The notes: generated by a model not told the origin, from the sequence alone. A stretch of 64,000 bases of DNA from Paludibacter sp. (GCA_027364655.1 DAHXOX010000071.1:4938-68937); one strand, 5' to 3'. Shown: positions 19,449 through 34,257, counted from the stretch's first letter. A program made the numbers and translations.

Positions 19449-20582
19449 ATGGAGAGAAACCTACATATAATTGCCTTTGACGTTCCCTATCCTCCTAATT
19501 ACGGTGGTGTTATCGATATCTTTTATAAAATAAAATCGCTTAGTGAATCCGGCATTAAGATCACGCTTCATTGCTTTGAATACAATCGTAGTCATGCCAT
19601 TGAATTAGACGAATATTGCGAAAAAATCTATTATTATAAACGACAAACAGGAATTCTTTCCAATCTAAGCCTGCTGCCTTATATTGTTCTAAGTCGTAAA
19701 AACAAAAGCCTGATTGACAATTTGTTGATTGATCCATCTCCAATACTGTTTGAAGGAATCCATTCATGTTACTATTTAAACGACAAACGATTGAAATCGC
19801 GGCTAAAAATATACCGAGAAAGCAACATTGAACATACTTATTATTTTCATTTATTTCTATCTCAAAGAAACCTAATTAAATCTGCTTATTTTCTAATAGA
19901 ATCAATTCGTCTTTATTTTTATCAAAGAAGATTGCAAGCGGCCAATTTAATGCTGGCAGTTTCAAAAAAAGACACTAGTTATCTCAAGCGATTTTTCCCA
20001 AAAGTAAACGTTGTTTACTTGCCTTCTTTTCATGCCAATACACACATCACGGCATTGGAAGGACGTGGAGATTATGTTCTCTATCATGGCAATTTATCTG
20101 TACAAGAAAACGAAAAGGTTGCCATCTTTCTGTTGAAGGATGTCTTTAACGATCTGCCGGTTCGCTTTGTAATTGCGGGATTACATCCTTCCACGCAACT
20201 CAAAACATTGATAGCAAAATATCCGCATGTTGAATTGTATGATTCACCAAATGAAGAAACCATGAGCGAGCTTATCCATAATGCTCATATTCACACGATG
20301 ATAACATTTCAACGGACAGGGTTTAAGTTGAAATTGATCAATGTCTTGTATTCTGGTAGATTTTGTTTGTGCAACAATCAAATGTTATGGGGAACTGACT
20401 TAGAGAAGCTTTGCATTGTTACAAAATCTGCCTTCGATATGAAAATGGCTGTCACTCGGCTTATGAAAGAAACGTTTTCCAAAAGAGAGCTTCTGAATCG
20501 TGCTGCTGTATTAGACAAAACTTTTGGAAATAAGATCAATAGTGAAAAAATAATTTCCTTGCTATTCTCTATTTATAACTGA
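19449..20582 (+). CDS. Glycosyltransferase, GT-B fold (family 4-like)
   Basis: PYPPNYGGVIDIFYKIK, RESNIEH, YHGNLSV and GFKLKLINVL pattern of Bacteroidales GT4-like proteins. Confidence 0.8.
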   Translation: MERNLHIIAFDVPYPPNYGGVIDIFYKIKSLSESGIKITLHCFEYNRSHAIELDEYCEKIYYYKRQTGILSNLSLLPYIVLSRKNKSLIDNLLIDPSPILFEGIHSCYYLNDKRLKSRLKIYRESNIEHTYYFHLFLSQRNLIKSAYFLIESIRLYFYQRRLQAANLMLAVSKKDTSYLKRFFPKVNVVYLPSFHANTHITALEGRGDYVLYHGNLSVQENEKVAIFLLKDVFNDLPVRFVIAGLHPSTQLKTLIAKYPHVELYDSPNEETMSELIHNAHIHTMITFQRTGFKLKLINVLYSGRFCLCNNQMLWGTDLEKLCIVTKSAFDMKMAVTRLMKETFSKRELLNRAAVLDKTFGNKINSEKIISLLFSIYN

Positions 20583-20768
20583 CAACTTGACAGTGCTGCT
20601 TTTCCTCTTTATTGCATAATGGGAAATTTTGACACATATCTTTCTCGTAAAAAAATTTCATGAAAATAGAAAGTGCATTTATTCATCTTCCTATTATTCA
20701 GTTATGTATTTCTATATTAAATAGATAAATAACAAATCCATTCCTTTTGCATCAAAACATCTCAATCA

Positions 20769-20784
20769 TGGCACAGAAAATGCA
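20769..20784 (+). promoter_or_regulatory. Candidate sigma-54 (-24/-12) promoter for groESL
   Basis: TGGCAC AGAAA ATGCA gives exact GG-N10-GC spacing, 54 nt before the groES ATG. Confidence 0.45.
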
Positions 20785-20837
20785 AGGACAAAGTACGAAT
20801 AGATTTTATGTTTAACCATTTTAAAATAGTTGACGTT

Positions 20838-21107
20838 ATGAATATTAAACCATTAGCGGACAGAGTATTAATTCAACCGGCAGCAGCCGAAGACAAAACA
20901 GCAAGCGGAATCATCATTCCGGATTCGGCTAAAGAAAAACCATTAAAAGGAAGCGTTGTTGCTGTAGGGAAAGGCACAAAAGATGAAGAAATGGTAGTAA
21001 AAGTAGGAGATCAGGTTCTTTATGGCAAATACGCAGGCACTGAGATAGAGCTTGATAATGAAAAATACATCATTATGCGCCAATCAGACATTTTAGCCGT
21101 CATTTAA
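20838..21107 (+). CDS. groES: Co-chaperonin GroES
   Basis: [21 protein letters not shown] and KYAGTE motifs. Confidence 0.98.
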   Translation: MNIKPLADRVLIQPAAAEDKTASGIIIPDSAKEKPLKGSVVAVGKGTKDEEMVVKVGDQVLYGKYAGTEIELDNEKYIIMRQSDILAVI

Positions 21108-21138
21108 TCAAGCTATGAGAAGCAAATAGAACATTTAA

Positions 21139-22812
<1,674 letters not shown>

Positions 22813-22853
22813 TCGTTGCTCAAGGGAAATAATTTATCTTAGATTTATTCAAT

Positions 22854-22888
22854 AAAACCGCTGTGCAGTTGATTGCACAGCGGTTTTT
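22854..22888 (+). terminator. groEL intrinsic terminator
   Basis: AAACCGCTGTGCA/TGCACAGCGGTTT stem followed by a T-run. Confidence 0.85.
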
Positions 22889-22954
22889 GTTTTCCTTTTC
22901 TTGACTTTCAAATGCCCTATGGGAATGACACCACTATCAATATATCAAAAATAA

Positions 22955-22994
22955 AAAGAGGTTGCCGCATCTGAAAAGATGAAACAACCTCTTT
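22955..22994 (-). terminator. rpoC terminator
   Basis: AAAGAGGTTG/CAACCTCTTT stem with an A-run on +. Confidence 0.7.
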
Positions 22995-23026
22995 ATGATT
23001 TTTATACGTGAACCCTTACAACACCC

Positions 23027-26000
23027 TTAAACTTCTTCTGGAAGAAGAGCTTTGCGAGCTTCGTTAATGCGATCTTGCTCATCAATTGATCCAACAATCA
23101 GTTTATCGAATTCGCGTTGACCAGTTCCGGCTGGAATTAGATGACCGCAAATAACATTTTCTTTGAGGCCTTCTAATTTATCTATTTTACCAGAGATCGC
23201 CGCTTCATTTAACACCTTTGTCGTTTCTTGGAAAGATGCAGCAGACATAAAACTGTTGGTTTGCAACGACGCACGGGTAATACCTTGTAAAACCTGACTT
23301 GAAGTAGCTGGCACGGCATCCCGAGATTCAACCAATCGCAAATCTTTACGTTTTAACGAACTATTTTCATCGCGCAATTTGCGAGCTGTTACAATTTGTC
23401 CAGCTTTTAAAGTTTGTGAATCTGCGGGATCAATCACCACTTTCTTGCCCCACAAACGGTCATTTTCTTCAAAAAAATCATTTTTATCAACAATTTGTTG
23501 CTCAAGAAAACGAGTATCTCCTTGATCCTCAACTAATACCTTGCGCATCATTTGACGCACAATCACCTCGAAGTGTTTATCATTAATCTTCACTCCTTGT
23601 AAACGATACACATCTTGTACCTCATTCACAATGTATTCTTGTACTGCAGTCGGCCCTTTGATAGCTAAAATATCGGATGGAGTGGTAGCTCCATCTGAGA
23701 GAGGGATACCGGCACGAACATAATCGCTTTCTTGCACCAAAATTTGCTTTGACAGAGGAACGAGATACTTCTTAATTTCGCCCATTTTTGAAGTAATAGC
23801 AATCTCACGATTCCCTCGTTTAATTTTACCGAAAGAAACCTCTCCATCAATTTCAGCCACTACTGCAGGATTTGATGGATTACGTGCCTCAAACAATTCA
23901 GTTACGCGAGGAAGACCTCCCGTAATATCGCCTGCTTTACCGACAGCACGTGGAATTTTAACAAGCAATTGACCTGCTTTGATTGTATCTCCTTCATCCA
24001 GGACTAAGTGAGCACCAACAGGCAAACTGTAATTGCGTAACATCGCCCCATCTTCTCCTACAACATGCACTGTAGGAATTCTATTTTTATCTTTTGATTC
24101 CACAATTACTTTTTCGCGTAAACCAGTGGCTTCGTCAGACTCAACTTTAAACGTTATATTTTCAAGAATGTCCTGAAACTCAAGTTTACCACCCATTTCA
24201 GATATAATCACCGCATTAAAAGGATCCCATTCACATATTAATTGACCTTTTTTGACCAGTTCTCCTTGTTTAGCATATAATTTTGAGCCGTAAGGAATAT
24301 GTTGATTTGTCAATACAATTTTGGTACGAGGATCAATTATTCTCAATTCGGTAAGACGACCGACAACAACCTGATGTTGATTATTTAACTCATCAACCGC
24401 TTCAACAACGCGTAATTCTTCCAATTCAACTATCCCGTCATAACGAGATTTGATATTAGATTCAGCAGCAATGTTTGATGCAATACCTCCCACGTGGAAT
24501 GTTCTCAATGTCAACTGGGTACCAGGCTCTCCAATCGATTGAGCCGCAATAACTCCAACTGCTTCGCCTCTGTGAACCATTTTCCCTGTTGCTAAATTGC
24601 GACCATAACATTTTGCACAAACGCCTTTTTTCGATTCACAAGTTAACACCGAACGAATTTCAACTCGTTCAATAGGAGATTCCTGTATTATTTTAGCGCT
24701 GTCTTCTGTAATTTCTTCACCCGAGCGAACAATAATATCACCCGTAAGCGGATGCTGAATATCATGAAGTGAAACACGTCCTAAAATTCTTTCATAAAGT
24801 GATGCTATCACCTCTTCATTGTTCTTCAACTCAACAGCAGTAAGACCACGTAAAGTACCACAATCTTCTTCATTAATAATCACATCTTGTGATACATCAA
24901 CCAAACGACGTGTTAGATAACCAGCATCAGCTGTTTTTAATGCTGTATCGGCCAACCCCTTACGAGCACCGTGCGTTGAAATAAAATATTCCAATACAGA
25001 TAATCCTTCTTTGAAGTTAGCTAAAATCGGATTCTCAATAATCTGACCGCCTTCAGCCCCTGATTTTTGTGGTTTAGCCATCAACCCCCGCATACCGGAA
25101 AGCTGACGTATTTGTTCCTTCGAACCACGCGCTCCTGAATCCAACATCATGTAAACAGAGTTGAAGCCTTGATTGTCGCTCGAGAGTTGCTTCATCAAAA
25201 TATTGGACAATTTAGAATTGACGTGTGTCCACGTGTCAATAATTTGATTGTAGCGTTCATTATAAGTAATGAAGCCCATATTGTAATTGTTCAATATCTC
25301 TTCTACCTCATCATATCCTTCTTGTACCAAAGCATCTTTTTCAGCTGGAATGATCACGTCGCCCAAATTAAATGATAATCCACCTTTGAAGGCCATTTGA
25401 TAGCCCAAATCTTTAATATCATCCAAAAATTTAGCAGTAACAGCTACACCACATGTTTTGATGATGTTTCCAATAATATCGCGAAGTGATTTCTTTGAAA
25501 GTACTTCATTGATATATCCAACTTGCTTCGGTACGCTTTTGTTAAAGATCACGCGACCAACAGTTGTCTGGATTAGTTGTTCTGTCAACTCACCATTAGC
25601 ATCCAAATCTTTTTCGCGGACTTTAATTTGGGCATGAAGCGCTACTCGGCCTTCATTGTAAGCAATCTCTACTTCTTCTGTACCATAAAAAATCATGCCC
25701 TCGCCTTTTGCACCTGGACGCAATTTTGTGATATAATACAAACCCAACACCATGTCTTGCGATGGCACAGTGATAGGAGCACCATTAGCCGGATTCAAAA
25801 TATTATGTGATGCAAGCATCAGCATTTGTGCCTCGGCAATTGCCTCATTACCAAGAGGTAAGTGGACAGCCATTTGGTCACCATCAAAGTCAGCATTAAA
25901 CGCAGTACAAGCTAACGGGTGCAGCTGAATCGCCTTACCTTCAATCATTTTTGGTTGAAAAGCCTGAATACCTAAGCGGTGAAGTGTCGGAGCACGGTTT

Positions 26001-27307
26001 AGCAAAACTGGATGACCTTTCATAACATACTCCAGAATATCCCAGACGACAGGTTCTTTACGATCGATGATTTTCTTAGCCGATTTAACGGTCTTAACTA
26101 TACCACGTTCAATCAGTTTACGAATAATAAACGGTTTATAAAGTTCAGCAGCCATATCTTTTGGCAATCCACACTCGTGCATCTTTAATTCTGGCCCAAC
26201 GACAATAACTGAACGTGCTGAGTAATCAACTCGTTTCCCCAATAAGTTTTGACGAAAACGTCCTTGTTTACCTTTCAAGCTATCAGAAAGTGATTTAAGC
26301 GGACGATTAGAATCTGTTTTAACAGCGCTGGCCTTGCGTGAATTATCGAATAGCGAATCAACCGATTCTTGTAACATTCGCTTTTCATTTCGAAGAATCA
26401 CCTCAGGAGCCTTAATTTCAATCAAGCGCTTTAAGCGATTGTTGCGAATGATAACACGACGATACAAATCATTTAAATCAGATGTTGCAAACCGACCGCC
26501 ATCTAATGGAACTAATGGACGAAGCTCCGGCGGAATAACCGGCAAAACTTTCAAAATCATCCATTCTGGCTTATTGCGTTGACGCGAGGCTCTAAAGGAC
26601 TCAATTACCTGCAACCGTTTCAACGCTTCTGTTTTCTTTTGTTGTGAGTTCGTCGTGCTGCCAATATGCCTTAGATCATACGATAAGGTGTCTAAATCCA
26701 AGTTTTTAAGTAAATCATAAATAGACTCAGCCCCCATCTTGGCAATAAATTTAGTAGAATCAGTATCAGGCAATTGCTGGTTTTCGCGAGGAAGTGTATC
26801 TAAAATATCGAGATATTCTTCTTCGGACAATAATTCACCGATTACCATATTCTCTTTGCCTTCCAAGATACCAGGTTGAATAATCACATATTTCTCATAA
26901 TAAATGATAGAGTCCAACTTTTTGGTAGACATTCCGAGCAAATAACCAATTTTATTTGGCAATGAACGGAAATACCAAATGTGCGCAATGGGAACGACTA
27001 AAGCAATATGTCCCATTCGCTCACGACGAACTTTTTTCTCTGTCACTTCAACACCACATCGATCACAGACAATGCCTTTGTAGCGTATTCTCTTATATTT
27101 GCCACAATGGCATTCATAATCACGCACCGGACCAAAAATTCTTTCACAAAAGAGTCCATCACGTTCGGGTTTATACGTACGATAATTAATAGTTTCAGGT
27201 TTCAAAACTTCGCCGTGCGACATCTCTAAAATTTCTTCCGGTGATGCTAACCCGATGGATATTTTACTGAAATTGCTCTTTATCTTATTTTCTCTGATAA
27301 AAGCCAT
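23027..27307 (-). CDS. rpoC: RNA polymerase beta' subunit
   Basis: [12 protein letters not shown] catalytic motif and Zn-finger cysteines; no intein-sized insertion. Confidence 0.99.
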   Translation of the reverse strand: MAFIRENKIKSNFSKISIGLASPEEILEMSHGEVLKPETINYRTYKPERDGLFCERIFGPVRDYECHCGKYKRIRYKGIVCDRCGVEVTEKKVRRERMGHIALVVPIAHIWYFRSLPNKIGYLLGMSTKKLDSIIYYEKYVIIQPGILEGKENMVIGELLSEEEYLDILDTLPRENQQLPDTDSTKFIAKMGAESIYDLLKNLDLDTLSYDLRHIGSTTNSQQKKTEALKRLQVIESFRASRQRNKPEWMILKVLPVIPPELRPLVPLDGGRFATSDLNDLYRRVIIRNNRLKRLIEIKAPEVILRNEKRMLQESVDSLFDNSRKASAVKTDSNRPLKSLSDSLKGKQGRFRQNLLGKRVDYSARSVIVVGPELKMHECGLPKDMAAELYKPFIIRKLIERGIVKTVKSAKKIIDRKEPVVWDILEYVMKGHPVLLNRAPTLHRLGIQAFQPKMIEGKAIQLHPLACTAFNADFDGDQMAVHLPLGNEAIAEAQMLMLASHNILNPANGAPITVPSQDMVLGLYYITKLRPGAKGEGMIFYGTEEVEIAYNEGRVALHAQIKVREKDLDANGELTEQLIQTTVGRVIFNKSVPKQVGYINEVLSKKSLRDIIGNIIKTCGVAVTAKFLDDIKDLGYQMAFKGGLSFNLGDVIIPAEKDALVQEGYDEVEEILNNYNMGFITYNERYNQIIDTWTHVNSKLSNILMKQLSSDNQGFNSVYMMLDSGARGSKEQIRQLSGMRGLMAKPQKSGAEGGQIIENPILANFKEGLSVLEYFISTHGARKGLADTALKTADAGYLTRRLVDVSQDVIINEEDCGTLRGLTAVELKNNEEVIASLYERILGRVSLHDIQHPLTGDIIVRSGEEITEDSAKIIQESPIERVEIRSVLTCESKKGVCAKCYGRNLATGKMVHRGEAVGVIAAQSIGEPGTQLTLRTFHVGGIASNIAAESNIKSRYDGIVELEELRVVEAVDELNNQHQVVVGRLTELRIIDPRTKIVLTNQHIPYGSKLYAKQGELVKKGQLICEWDPFNAVIISEMGGKLEFQDILENITFKVESDEATGLREKVIVESKDKNRIPTVHVVGEDGAMLRNYSLPVGAHLVLDEGDTIKAGQLLVKIPRAVGKAGDITGGLPRVTELFEARNPSNPAVVAEIDGEVSFGKIKRGNREIAITSKMGEIKKYLVPLSKQILVQESDYVRAGIPLSDGATTPSDILAIKGPTAVQEYIVNEVQDVYRLQGVKINDKHFEVIVRQMMRKVLVEDQGDTRFLEQQIVDKNDFFEENDRLWGKKVVIDPADSQTLKAGQIVTARKLRDENSSLKRKDLRLVESRDAVPATSSQVLQGITRASLQTNSFMSAASFQETTKVLNEAAISGKIDKLEGLKENVICGHLIPAGTGQREFDKLIVGSIDEQDRINEARKALLPEEV

Positions 27308-27430
27308 ATTGAATGTATTTTAGTTACTTGCTCTATTCTCAAAAGAACGTTGCAAGCGCTCATTGTTTGAAGATTTATTTCGGATCACGTTTCTTCGAAT
27401 GTTTCCAATTCATTCATGCAAACTAGTTAC

Positions 27431-30400
27431 TTACTCCAACCGGACGCTTAGCCCTAATCCTTGTAGTTCATGCAACAAAACGTTCAAAGATTCCGGAAGT
27501 GCCGGCGTTGGCATCGGTTCACCCTTGACGATAGCTTCGTAAGAACGAGCGCGCCCTACCACGTCATCGGATTTGACAGTCAATATTTCTTGCAAAATAT
27601 GAGCAGCTCCAAATGCCTCAAGCGCCCAAACTTCCATTTCTCCAAAACGTTGGCCACCAAATTGAGCTTTACCACCTAACGGTTGCTGTGTGATAAGCGA
27701 GTATGGCCCAATAGACCGAGCATGCATCTTGTCTTCAACCATGTGACCAAGTTTCAGCATGTAAATGATTCCAACAGTTGCAGGTTGGTCAAAACGATCG
27801 CCGGTTCCACCATCATAAAGATACGTTTTGCCATAATTTGGAACACCTGCTTTTTCTGTCCATAGATTAAGATCCTCTAAAGTTGCTCCATCAAAAATCG
27901 GTGTTGCAAACTTTACGCCAAGAGTTTGACCAGCCCATCCTAACACAGTTTCAAAAATCTGTCCAAGATTCATACGAGAAGGCACACCCAAGGGATTCAA
28001 TACAATATCAACAGTAGTTCCATCTTCTAAGAAAGGCATATCTTCTTCTCTTACAATACGAGAAACGATACCTTTGTTACCATGTCGTCCTGCCATCTTA
28101 TCACCGACTCTGACTTTTCGCTTTTTAGCGATATACACTTTTGCTAATTGCACAATACCCGCCGGAAGTTCATCTCCAATCGTAATATTAAATTTCTTCC
28201 TTTTTAATTGCGCATCAAGCTCTTTGTATTTCTTCAAATAATTCACGATAACAGCTTGAATAAGCTCATTACGATGCGTATCTGTTGTCCAACGGCTTAC
28301 ATGAACAGTGGTGTAATCAATTTCGTTCATCGCCTTTTGGGTAAATTTACTTCCTTTGGAAATCAAATCATTACCTAAAAAGTCTTTTACTCCTTGTGAC
28401 GTTTTACCTTGTGTCAACGCTACCAATTTCTCAATTAAGCGATTCTTTAAAAGAAGTGCTTCTTTGTCAAATTCTTCTTCCAATTTTGGAAGCACGGCCT
28501 TATCGGCAAGACTTGATTTACGATTCTTCATAGCACGCGTGAACAAACTTTTCCCGATAACAACTCCCCGCAGCGAAGGGGAAGCTTTCAAGGAGGCATC
28601 TTTCACATCACCGGCCTTATCACCAAAAATAGCGCGCAATAACTTTTCCTCCGGAGAAGGATCAGACTCTCCTTTCGGAGTAATCTTTCCAATAAGAATA
28701 TCGCCTGGTACCACTTGAGCACCAACACGGATAATTCCATTTTGATCCAAATTACGAGTTGCCTCTTCGCTAACATTTGGAATATCAGCTGTTAGTTCTT
28801 CCATCCCCCGCTTTGTTTCCCGTACTTCCAACGAATATTCCGAAACGTGCACTGACGTAAAATAATCTTCTCTTACGACACGTTCGTTAATCACAATAGC
28901 ATCCTCAAAATTATACCCTTTCCAAGGCATAAACGCTACTTTTAGATTTCGCCCTAAAGCCAATTCTCCATTTTCAGTAGCATAACCTTCAGTCAGAATC
29001 TGACCTTTTGTCACACGAACACCCTTTTCAATAATTGGCCGTAAGTCGATAGTCGTTTCTTGATTTGTACGCTGAAATTTCGGAATAAGATATTCTTTTA
29101 CCGAGTCTTCAAAATGAATAAAATCTTCTTCTTCCGTACGGTCGTAACGGATTACAATTTTTTGCGCATCTACAAATTCAACGACGCCTTCGCCTTCAGC
29201 GGTGATCTGCGATCTGGAATCCTGAATAATTTGGCCTTCAATGCCAGTCCCAACAATAGGTGCTTCGCAACGTAACAATGGAACGGCCTGACGCATCATG
29301 TTTGATCCCATTAACGCACGGTTAGCATCATCATGCTCCAAAAATGGAATCAAAGAAGCAGCAATGGAAGCTATCTGCGTAGGCGACACGTCCATCAAAT
29401 TGATTTCGTCTGGCGGTACAACAGGATAATCAGCATCTTTTCGTGCTTTGACTTTAGCCTTAATGAAAGAGCCATCCTCTTCTAATGGAGCATTCCCTTG
29501 AGCTATAATTTTCCCATCTTCTTCCTCTGCAGTTAAATAGACAATATTTGTAGCATCTAAATCTACTTTCCCCTCTTCAACTTTGCGATAAGGGGTAATA
29601 ATAAACCCGAGATTATTAATTTTAGCATACACACACAAAGAAGAAATAAGTCCGATATTCGGACCTTCAGGCGTTTCAATTGGACATAGACGGCCATAAT
29701 GGGTATAATGCACGTCACGCACCTCAAAGCCAGCCCTTTCCCTCGAAAGACCGCCAGGGCCTAACGCTGAAAGGCGTCGTTTGTGCGTAATCTCAGCCAA
29801 AGGATTCGTTTGATCCATAAACTGCGACAACGCATTGGTTCCAAAGAAAGTATTGATTACCGACGAAATAGTTTTAGCATTGATCAAATCCGTAGGCGTA
29901 AACACTTCATTGTCCCGCACATTCATTCGTTCACGAATAGTTCTTGCCATACGCGATAAAGCAACGCCAAATTGATTGTAAAGTTGCTCTCCAACTGTCC
30001 GAACACGTCTATTGCTCAAGTGATCAATATCATCCACCTCAGCTTTTGAATTGATCAGCTCAATTAAATATTTTATAATTTCAATTATATCCTCTTTTGT
30101 CAAAACCCGCACATCCATTTCTGTGTTCAGGTTTAACTTACGATTAATCCGATAACGGCCTACCTCGCCCAAATCGTATCGTTTTTCTGAAAAGAAAAGA
30201 CCGTTGATTACCTCTCGTGCAGACGCATCATCAGCTGGTTCAGCGCTACGCAGTTGTCGATAAATGTACAAAACAGCGTCCCGTTCCGAATTACTTGGAT
30301 CCTTTTGAAGTGTGTTATAAATGATTGAGAAGTCATTTTGATTTTGTTCTTCACGGTGCAAAAGAATAGTCTGTGCTCCAGAATCAACAATGGCATCAAT

Positions 30401-31243
30401 ATGCTTATTATCTAAAATTGTTTCACGATCAATGACCACTTCGTTACGTTCAATGGAAACCACCTCTCCGGTATCTTCATCTACAAAGTCCTCATTCCAA
30501 GATTTAAGAACACGAGCTGCTAATTTTCTTCCTACAACTTTTTTAAGGCTACTTTTATTCACCTTTACTTCTTCTGCAAGATCAAAAATTTCAAGTATGT
30601 CTTTATCGCTTTCGTATCCAATAGCACGTAACAATGTTGTGACAGGTAGCTTTTTCTTCCGGTCGATATATGCATACATCACGTTATTGATGTCAGTGGC
30701 AAACTCAATCCACGCACCTTTAAATGGAATAATACGAGCAGAATAAAGTTTTGTTCCATTCGTATGTACGCTTTGACCAAAAAACACACCAGGTGACCTA
30801 TGCAACTGCGACACAACAACGCGTTCTGCCCCATTGATGACAAAAGTACCTTTTTCAGTCATATAAGGGATTGTTCCCAAATAAACATCTTGAATTACAG
30901 TATCAAAATCTTCATGTTCGGGATCAGTACAATACAACTTGAGTTTCGCTTTAAGCGGAACACTGTGTGTGAGACCTCTATCAATGCACTCTTGGATAGT
31001 ATAGCGAGGTGGGTCTATGAAATAGTCCAAAAATTCGAGCACAAAATTATTTCGCGTATCCGAAATGGGAAAGTTTTCTGCAAAAACGCTAAAAAGACCT
31101 TCATTCTTCCGCTTTTCTGGAGGAGCATCTAACTGGAAAAAATCTTGAAAAGATTTCAATTGCACTTCAAGAAAATCAGGATACTCTAAGGGACTCTTAA
31201 ATGAAGCAAAGTTAATTCTTTGGTTTGGTTTATTGGAGATCAT
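27431..31243 (-). CDS. rpoB: RNA polymerase beta subunit
   Basis: [21 protein letters not shown] and SQFMDQTNP motifs. Confidence 0.99.
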   Translation of the reverse strand: MISNKPNQRINFASFKSPLEYPDFLEVQLKSFQDFFQLDAPPEKRKNEGLFSVFAENFPISDTRNNFVLEFLDYFIDPPRYTIQECIDRGLTHSVPLKAKLKLYCTDPEHEDFDTVIQDVYLGTIPYMTEKGTFVINGAERVVVSQLHRSPGVFFGQSVHTNGTKLYSARIIPFKGAWIEFATDINNVMYAYIDRKKKLPVTTLLRAIGYESDKDILEIFDLAEEVKVNKSSLKKVVGRKLAARVLKSWNEDFVDEDTGEVVSIERNEVVIDRETILDNKHIDAIVDSGAQTILLHREEQNQNDFSIIYNTLQKDPSNSERDAVLYIYRQLRSAEPADDASAREVINGLFFSEKRYDLGEVGRYRINRKLNLNTEMDVRVLTKEDIIEIIKYLIELINSKAEVDDIDHLSNRRVRTVGEQLYNQFGVALSRMARTIRERMNVRDNEVFTPTDLINAKTISSVINTFFGTNALSQFMDQTNPLAEITHKRRLSALGPGGLSRERAGFEVRDVHYTHYGRLCPIETPEGPNIGLISSLCVYAKINNLGFIITPYRKVEEGKVDLDATNIVYLTAEEEDGKIIAQGNAPLEEDGSFIKAKVKARKDADYPVVPPDEINLMDVSPTQIASIAASLIPFLEHDDANRALMGSNMMRQAVPLLRCEAPIVGTGIEGQIIQDSRSQITAEGEGVVEFVDAQKIVIRYDRTEEEDFIHFEDSVKEYLIPKFQRTNQETTIDLRPIIEKGVRVTKGQILTEGYATENGELALGRNLKVAFMPWKGYNFEDAIVINERVVREDYFTSVHVSEYSLEVRETKRGMEELTADIPNVSEEATRNLDQNGIIRVGAQVVPGDILIGKITPKGESDPSPEEKLLRAIFGDKAGDVKDASLKASPSLRGVVIGKSLFTRAMKNRKSSLADKAVLPKLEEEFDKEALLLKNRLIEKLVALTQGKTSQGVKDFLGNDLISKGSKFTQKAMNEIDYTTVHVSRWTTDTHRNELIQAVIVNYLKKYKELDAQLKRKKFNITIGDELPAGIVQLAKVYIAKKRKVRVGDKMAGRHGNKGIVSRIVREEDMPFLEDGTTVDIVLNPLGVPSRMNLGQIFETVLGWAGQTLGVKFATPIFDGATLEDLNLWTEKAGVPNYGKTYLYDGGTGDRFDQPATVGIIYMLKLGHMVEDKMHARSIGPYSLITQQPLGGKAQFGGQRFGEMEVWALEAFGAAHILQEILTVKSDDVVGRARSYEAIVKGEPMPTPALPESLNVLLHELQGLGLSVRLE

Positions 31244-31464
31244 TGGGAAGGAAAGTTTGGTTGAACTTGAAAAGCCAATTCTCGTTTAGGCGTTTATCGA
31301 GTAAAGTGTAAATGACAAGAAATAGGATTCATTCGTTGATACCTGCATCAGCCGAGTCAAATGCAGTTGACGAAAAGCATTTTGGTGAAAACCTCAAAAC
31401 CTTTCAGTCTATCGACAGCTATTAAAAGATCTTACCTTGCCGGGTGAGCGTGAATCACTCCCCT

Positions 31465-31472
31465 CAAATATA
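31465..31472 (-). promoter_or_regulatory. Candidate rpoBC promoter -7 box (TATATTTG)
   Basis: CAAATATA on +, just downstream (minus sense) of the rplL terminator. Confidence 0.55.
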
Positions 31473-31483
31473 CATTAATACGC

Positions 31484-31522
31484 AAAAAGGTTTAGAATCT
31501 CACGATCATGAGATTCTAAACC
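31484..31522 (-). terminator. rplL intrinsic terminator
   Basis: 13-bp stem GGTTTAGAATCTC/GAGATTCTAAACC followed by TTTTT on the minus strand. Confidence 0.85.
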
Positions 31523-31546
31523 AACTTGCTATCTACCAATGAGATA

Positions 31547-31918
31547 CTATTTAACTTCAACTTCAGCGCCGCCGTCAGTTAATTGCTTTTGCAAAGCCGC
31601 AGCTTCATCTTTAGAAACGCCTTCTTTAACCGGGTTTGGAGCACCATCCACTAAATCTTTAGCTTCTTTCAATCCAAGGCCGGTAAGCTCTTTTACTAAT
31701 TTTACAATAGCTAACTTGTTAGCACCCGGTGCTTTCAAGATAACGTCAAACGAAGTTTTTTCTTCAACGGCTGCAGCGGCAGCAGCAGGAGCTGCAACAG
31801 CAACAGCAGCAGCTGCTGGTTCAATGCCATATTCGTTTTTCAAAATTTCCGCCAACTCGTTTACTTCTTTTACGGTCAAGTTAACCAATTGTTCTGCAAA
31901 TGCTTTCAAATCTGCCAT
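31547..31918 (-). CDS. rplL: 50S ribosomal protein L7/L12
   Basis: Ala-rich hinge; [10 protein letters not shown] and [11 protein letters not shown] motifs. Confidence 0.99.
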   Translation of the reverse strand: MADLKAFAEQLVNLTVKEVNELAEILKNEYGIEPAAAAVAVAAPAAAAAAVEEKTSFDVILKAPGANKLAIVKLVKELTGLGLKEAKDLVDGAPNPVKEGVSKDEAAALQKQLTDGGAEVEVK

Positions 31919-31961
31919 GATGAGTTATTTTTAAATGTTTCAATTAATTTTTTATATATTC

Positions 31962-32483
31962 TTATCGTTCCGACAGCGTTTTTAATACGCCATGGATGGT
32001 ATTACCTCCGGATTGAAGGGCGGACACAACGTTCTTAGCTGGCGATTGCAGCAAAGCAATAACATCAGCAATAAGCTCGTTTTTACTCTTGACATGAATC
32101 AATGCTTCCAATTGATTAGCTCCTATATAGAAACTTTGTTCTACAAAAGCAGCCTTTAAGACTGGCTTCTCAGCTTTATTTGTTTTGCTGAATTCTTTAA
32201 TCAATTTGGCAGGTTCATTTCCAGTGTTTGACAGCAACAAGGCTGTAGAGCCTTTCAGCGATCCAAACAAAGGGCTAAAATCTGTTTCATTCGATTCGAG
32301 TGCCTTGATAAGCAATTTATTTTTTACTACCAACAATCTGATATCTTTGTTGTAGCATGCCTTTCTCAACTTACTCGTTTGTTCGGCATTTAAACCATCA
32401 CTATCTGTTAAATAGAAATGATTGTATGATCCCAATGTCGTTCTGATGGATTCAATGATGACGCTTTTATCTTCCTTTTTCAT
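31962..32483 (-). CDS. rplJ: 50S ribosomal protein L10
   Basis: VVKN motif and SKNELIADVIALLQSP; expected position in the operon. Confidence 0.97.
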   Translation of the reverse strand: MKKEDKSVIIESIRTTLGSYNHFYLTDSDGLNAEQTSKLRKACYNKDIRLLVVKNKLLIKALESNETDFSPLFGSLKGSTALLLSNTGNEPAKLIKEFSKTNKAEKPVLKAAFVEQSFYIGANQLEALIHVKSKNELIADVIALLQSPAKNVVSALQSGGNTIHGVLKTLSER

Positions 32484-32495
32484 ACTACAACTTTT

Positions 32496-33194
32496 TTAGT
32501 TTTCTTCAACCGATTTAGGGTCAATTTTCACACCAAGACTCATTGTACTTGAAAGATAAATACTCTTCACGTAAGTACCTTTTGCCGTTGATGGCTTCAG
32601 TTTGATAAGCGTTTGAATAAATTCTTTCGCGTTATCAGTGAGTTTATCCGCATCAAACGACACTTTACCAACAGAAGCATGTACGATACCACTTTTATCA
32701 ACTTTGAAATCGATCTTACCTTGTTTCACCTCTTTCACAGCCGTTGCAATGTCATTCGTAACTGTGCCACTTTTAGGATTTGGCATTAAACCACGAGGGC
32801 CTAACACGCGTCCTAAAGCACCAATTTTACCCATGATTGCCGGTTGTGTAATGATTACATCGATATCCGTCCATCCTCCTTTAATCTTTTCGATATATTC
32901 GTCCAGACCAACAAAGTCTGCACCTGCAGCCTTAGCATCCGCCTCAGCCTCGGGTGAACATAACGCGAGAACCCTAATTTGTTTACCTGTACCATGCGGT
33001 AGCGAAACAACCCCACGAACCATTTGATTTGATTTTCGAGGATCAACGCCTAAACGCACATCGAGGTCAACAGAAGCATCGAATTTAGTAAAAGTAAGCT
33101 CTTTTACTAAAGCAGCAGCCTCTTTAAGTGAGTAGGTTTTCCCGGCTTCAACTTTGCTGTTTGCCAACTTTTGATTTTTCGTTAGTTTACTCAT
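32496..33194 (-). CDS. rplA: 50S ribosomal protein L1
   Basis: [13 protein letters not shown] and [16 protein letters not shown] motifs. Confidence 0.99.
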   Translation of the reverse strand: MSKLTKNQKLANSKVEAGKTYSLKEAAALVKELTFTKFDASVDLDVRLGVDPRKSNQMVRGVVSLPHGTGKQIRVLALCSPEAEADAKAAGADFVGLDEYIEKIKGGWTDIDVIITQPAIMGKIGALGRVLGPRGLMPNPKSGTVTNDIATAVKEVKQGKIDFKVDKSGIVHASVGKVSFDADKLTDNAKEFIQTLIKLKPSTAKGTYVKSIYLSSTMSLGVKIDPKSVEEN

Positions 33195-33206
33195 GTTGAA
33201 AGTTTT

Positions 33207-33650
33207 TTAATTTGTTCCGGGGAATTGCCCTTTAATGGTAATACCCATACTTCGAGCTGTACCAGCCACCATTGTCATTGCTGACTCCACCGTAAAGCAG
33301 TTTAAATCGACCATTTTATCTTGGGCGATGGTTTGCACTTGTTCCCAAGTGATTTCTGCCACTTTAGCACGATTTGGTTCAGCCGATCCTCCTTTTAGTT
33401 TTGCTGCTTCCAATAATTGTATGGCAACTGGAGGTGTTTTGACAACAAACTCGTATGACTTGTCCGTATAATAGGTAATGACCACAGGCAAAATCTTTCC
33501 TGCTTTTTCTTGAGTTCTGGCATTAAATTGCTTACAAAACTCCATAATATTGATTCCCTTGGATCCCAATGCGGGACCCACAGGAGGTGATGGGTTTGCA
33601 GCACCACCTTTTATCTGCAATTTAATAAGTCCTGCAACTTGTTTTGCCAT
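33207..33650 (-). CDS. rplK: 50S ribosomal protein L11
   Basis: [19 protein letters not shown] and GTARSMG motifs. Confidence 0.99.
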   Translation of the reverse strand: MAKQVAGLIKLQIKGGAANPSPPVGPALGSKGINIMEFCKQFNARTQEKAGKILPVVITYYTDKSYEFVVKTPPVAIQLLEAAKLKGGSAEPNRAKVAEITWEQVQTIAQDKMVDLNCFTVESAMTMVAGTARSMGITIKGQFPGTN

Positions 33651-33702
33651 TGTTTTGAAATTTAATAATTAATAACCGAGCAGCTGCGTGCGTAACCACC
33701 AT

Positions 33703-34248
33703 CTACTCTTTTTCCACTTGCAAAAAGCCTAATTCTAAAGGAGTCTTTCGCCCAAATATTTTCACCATAACTTTGAGCTTCTTCTTTTCATTATTCACCT
33801 CTTCTACTACACCACTAAACCCGGTAAACGGACCAATGATCACTTTTACATTTTCACCGATAGCATACAACAAAGCAAGCTCTTCGCCTGCCTCTTGCAG
33901 CTCGTCCATTGTACCAAGAATGCGATTAACTTCAGAGATTCGGAGCGGAGTCGGAGAATCATTTCTTTCTCCAAGGAACCCAAGTACATTTGGCAATTGT
34001 TTTAAACGATGCGCAACATCACCAATTAAATTAGCTTCCACCAAGATATATCCTGGCAAATAACTCTTTTCTTTGGTAATTCGTTTACCGTTGCGAACTT
34101 GCACCACTTTTTCGGTTGGAATAAGCACTTGAGAAACAAATTGACCAAGATTTGTATTCTTGATTTCCGCCTCAATATACTCTTTTACCTTATGCTCTTT
34201 ACCGCTAATCGCACGAAGAACATACCATTTGTGTGCAGTCTCAACCAT
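33703..34248 (-). CDS. nusG: Transcription elongation factor NusG
   Basis: WYVL, PGYILVE, KOW motif and VKIFGRKTPLEL. Confidence 0.98.
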   Translation of the reverse strand: MVETAHKWYVLRAISGKEHKVKEYIEAEIKNTNLGQFVSQVLIPTEKVVQVRNGKRITKEKSYLPGYILVEANLIGDVAHRLKQLPNVLGFLGERNDSPTPLRISEVNRILGTMDELQEAGEELALLYAIGENVKVIIGPFTGFSGVVEEVNNEKKKLKVMVKIFGRKTPLELGFLQVEKE

Positions 34249-34257
34249 GAGTACCTC

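Noticed and set aside
31539-31934. 131-aa Ala-rich + strand ORF over rplL
   Set aside because: Antisense shadow of rplL's Ala/Glu/Lys codons; no independent signals.
33703-34248. NusG as a UpxY/LoaP-type specialised antiterminator
   Set aside because: It sits in the canonical secE-nusG-rplK position with housekeeping motifs.
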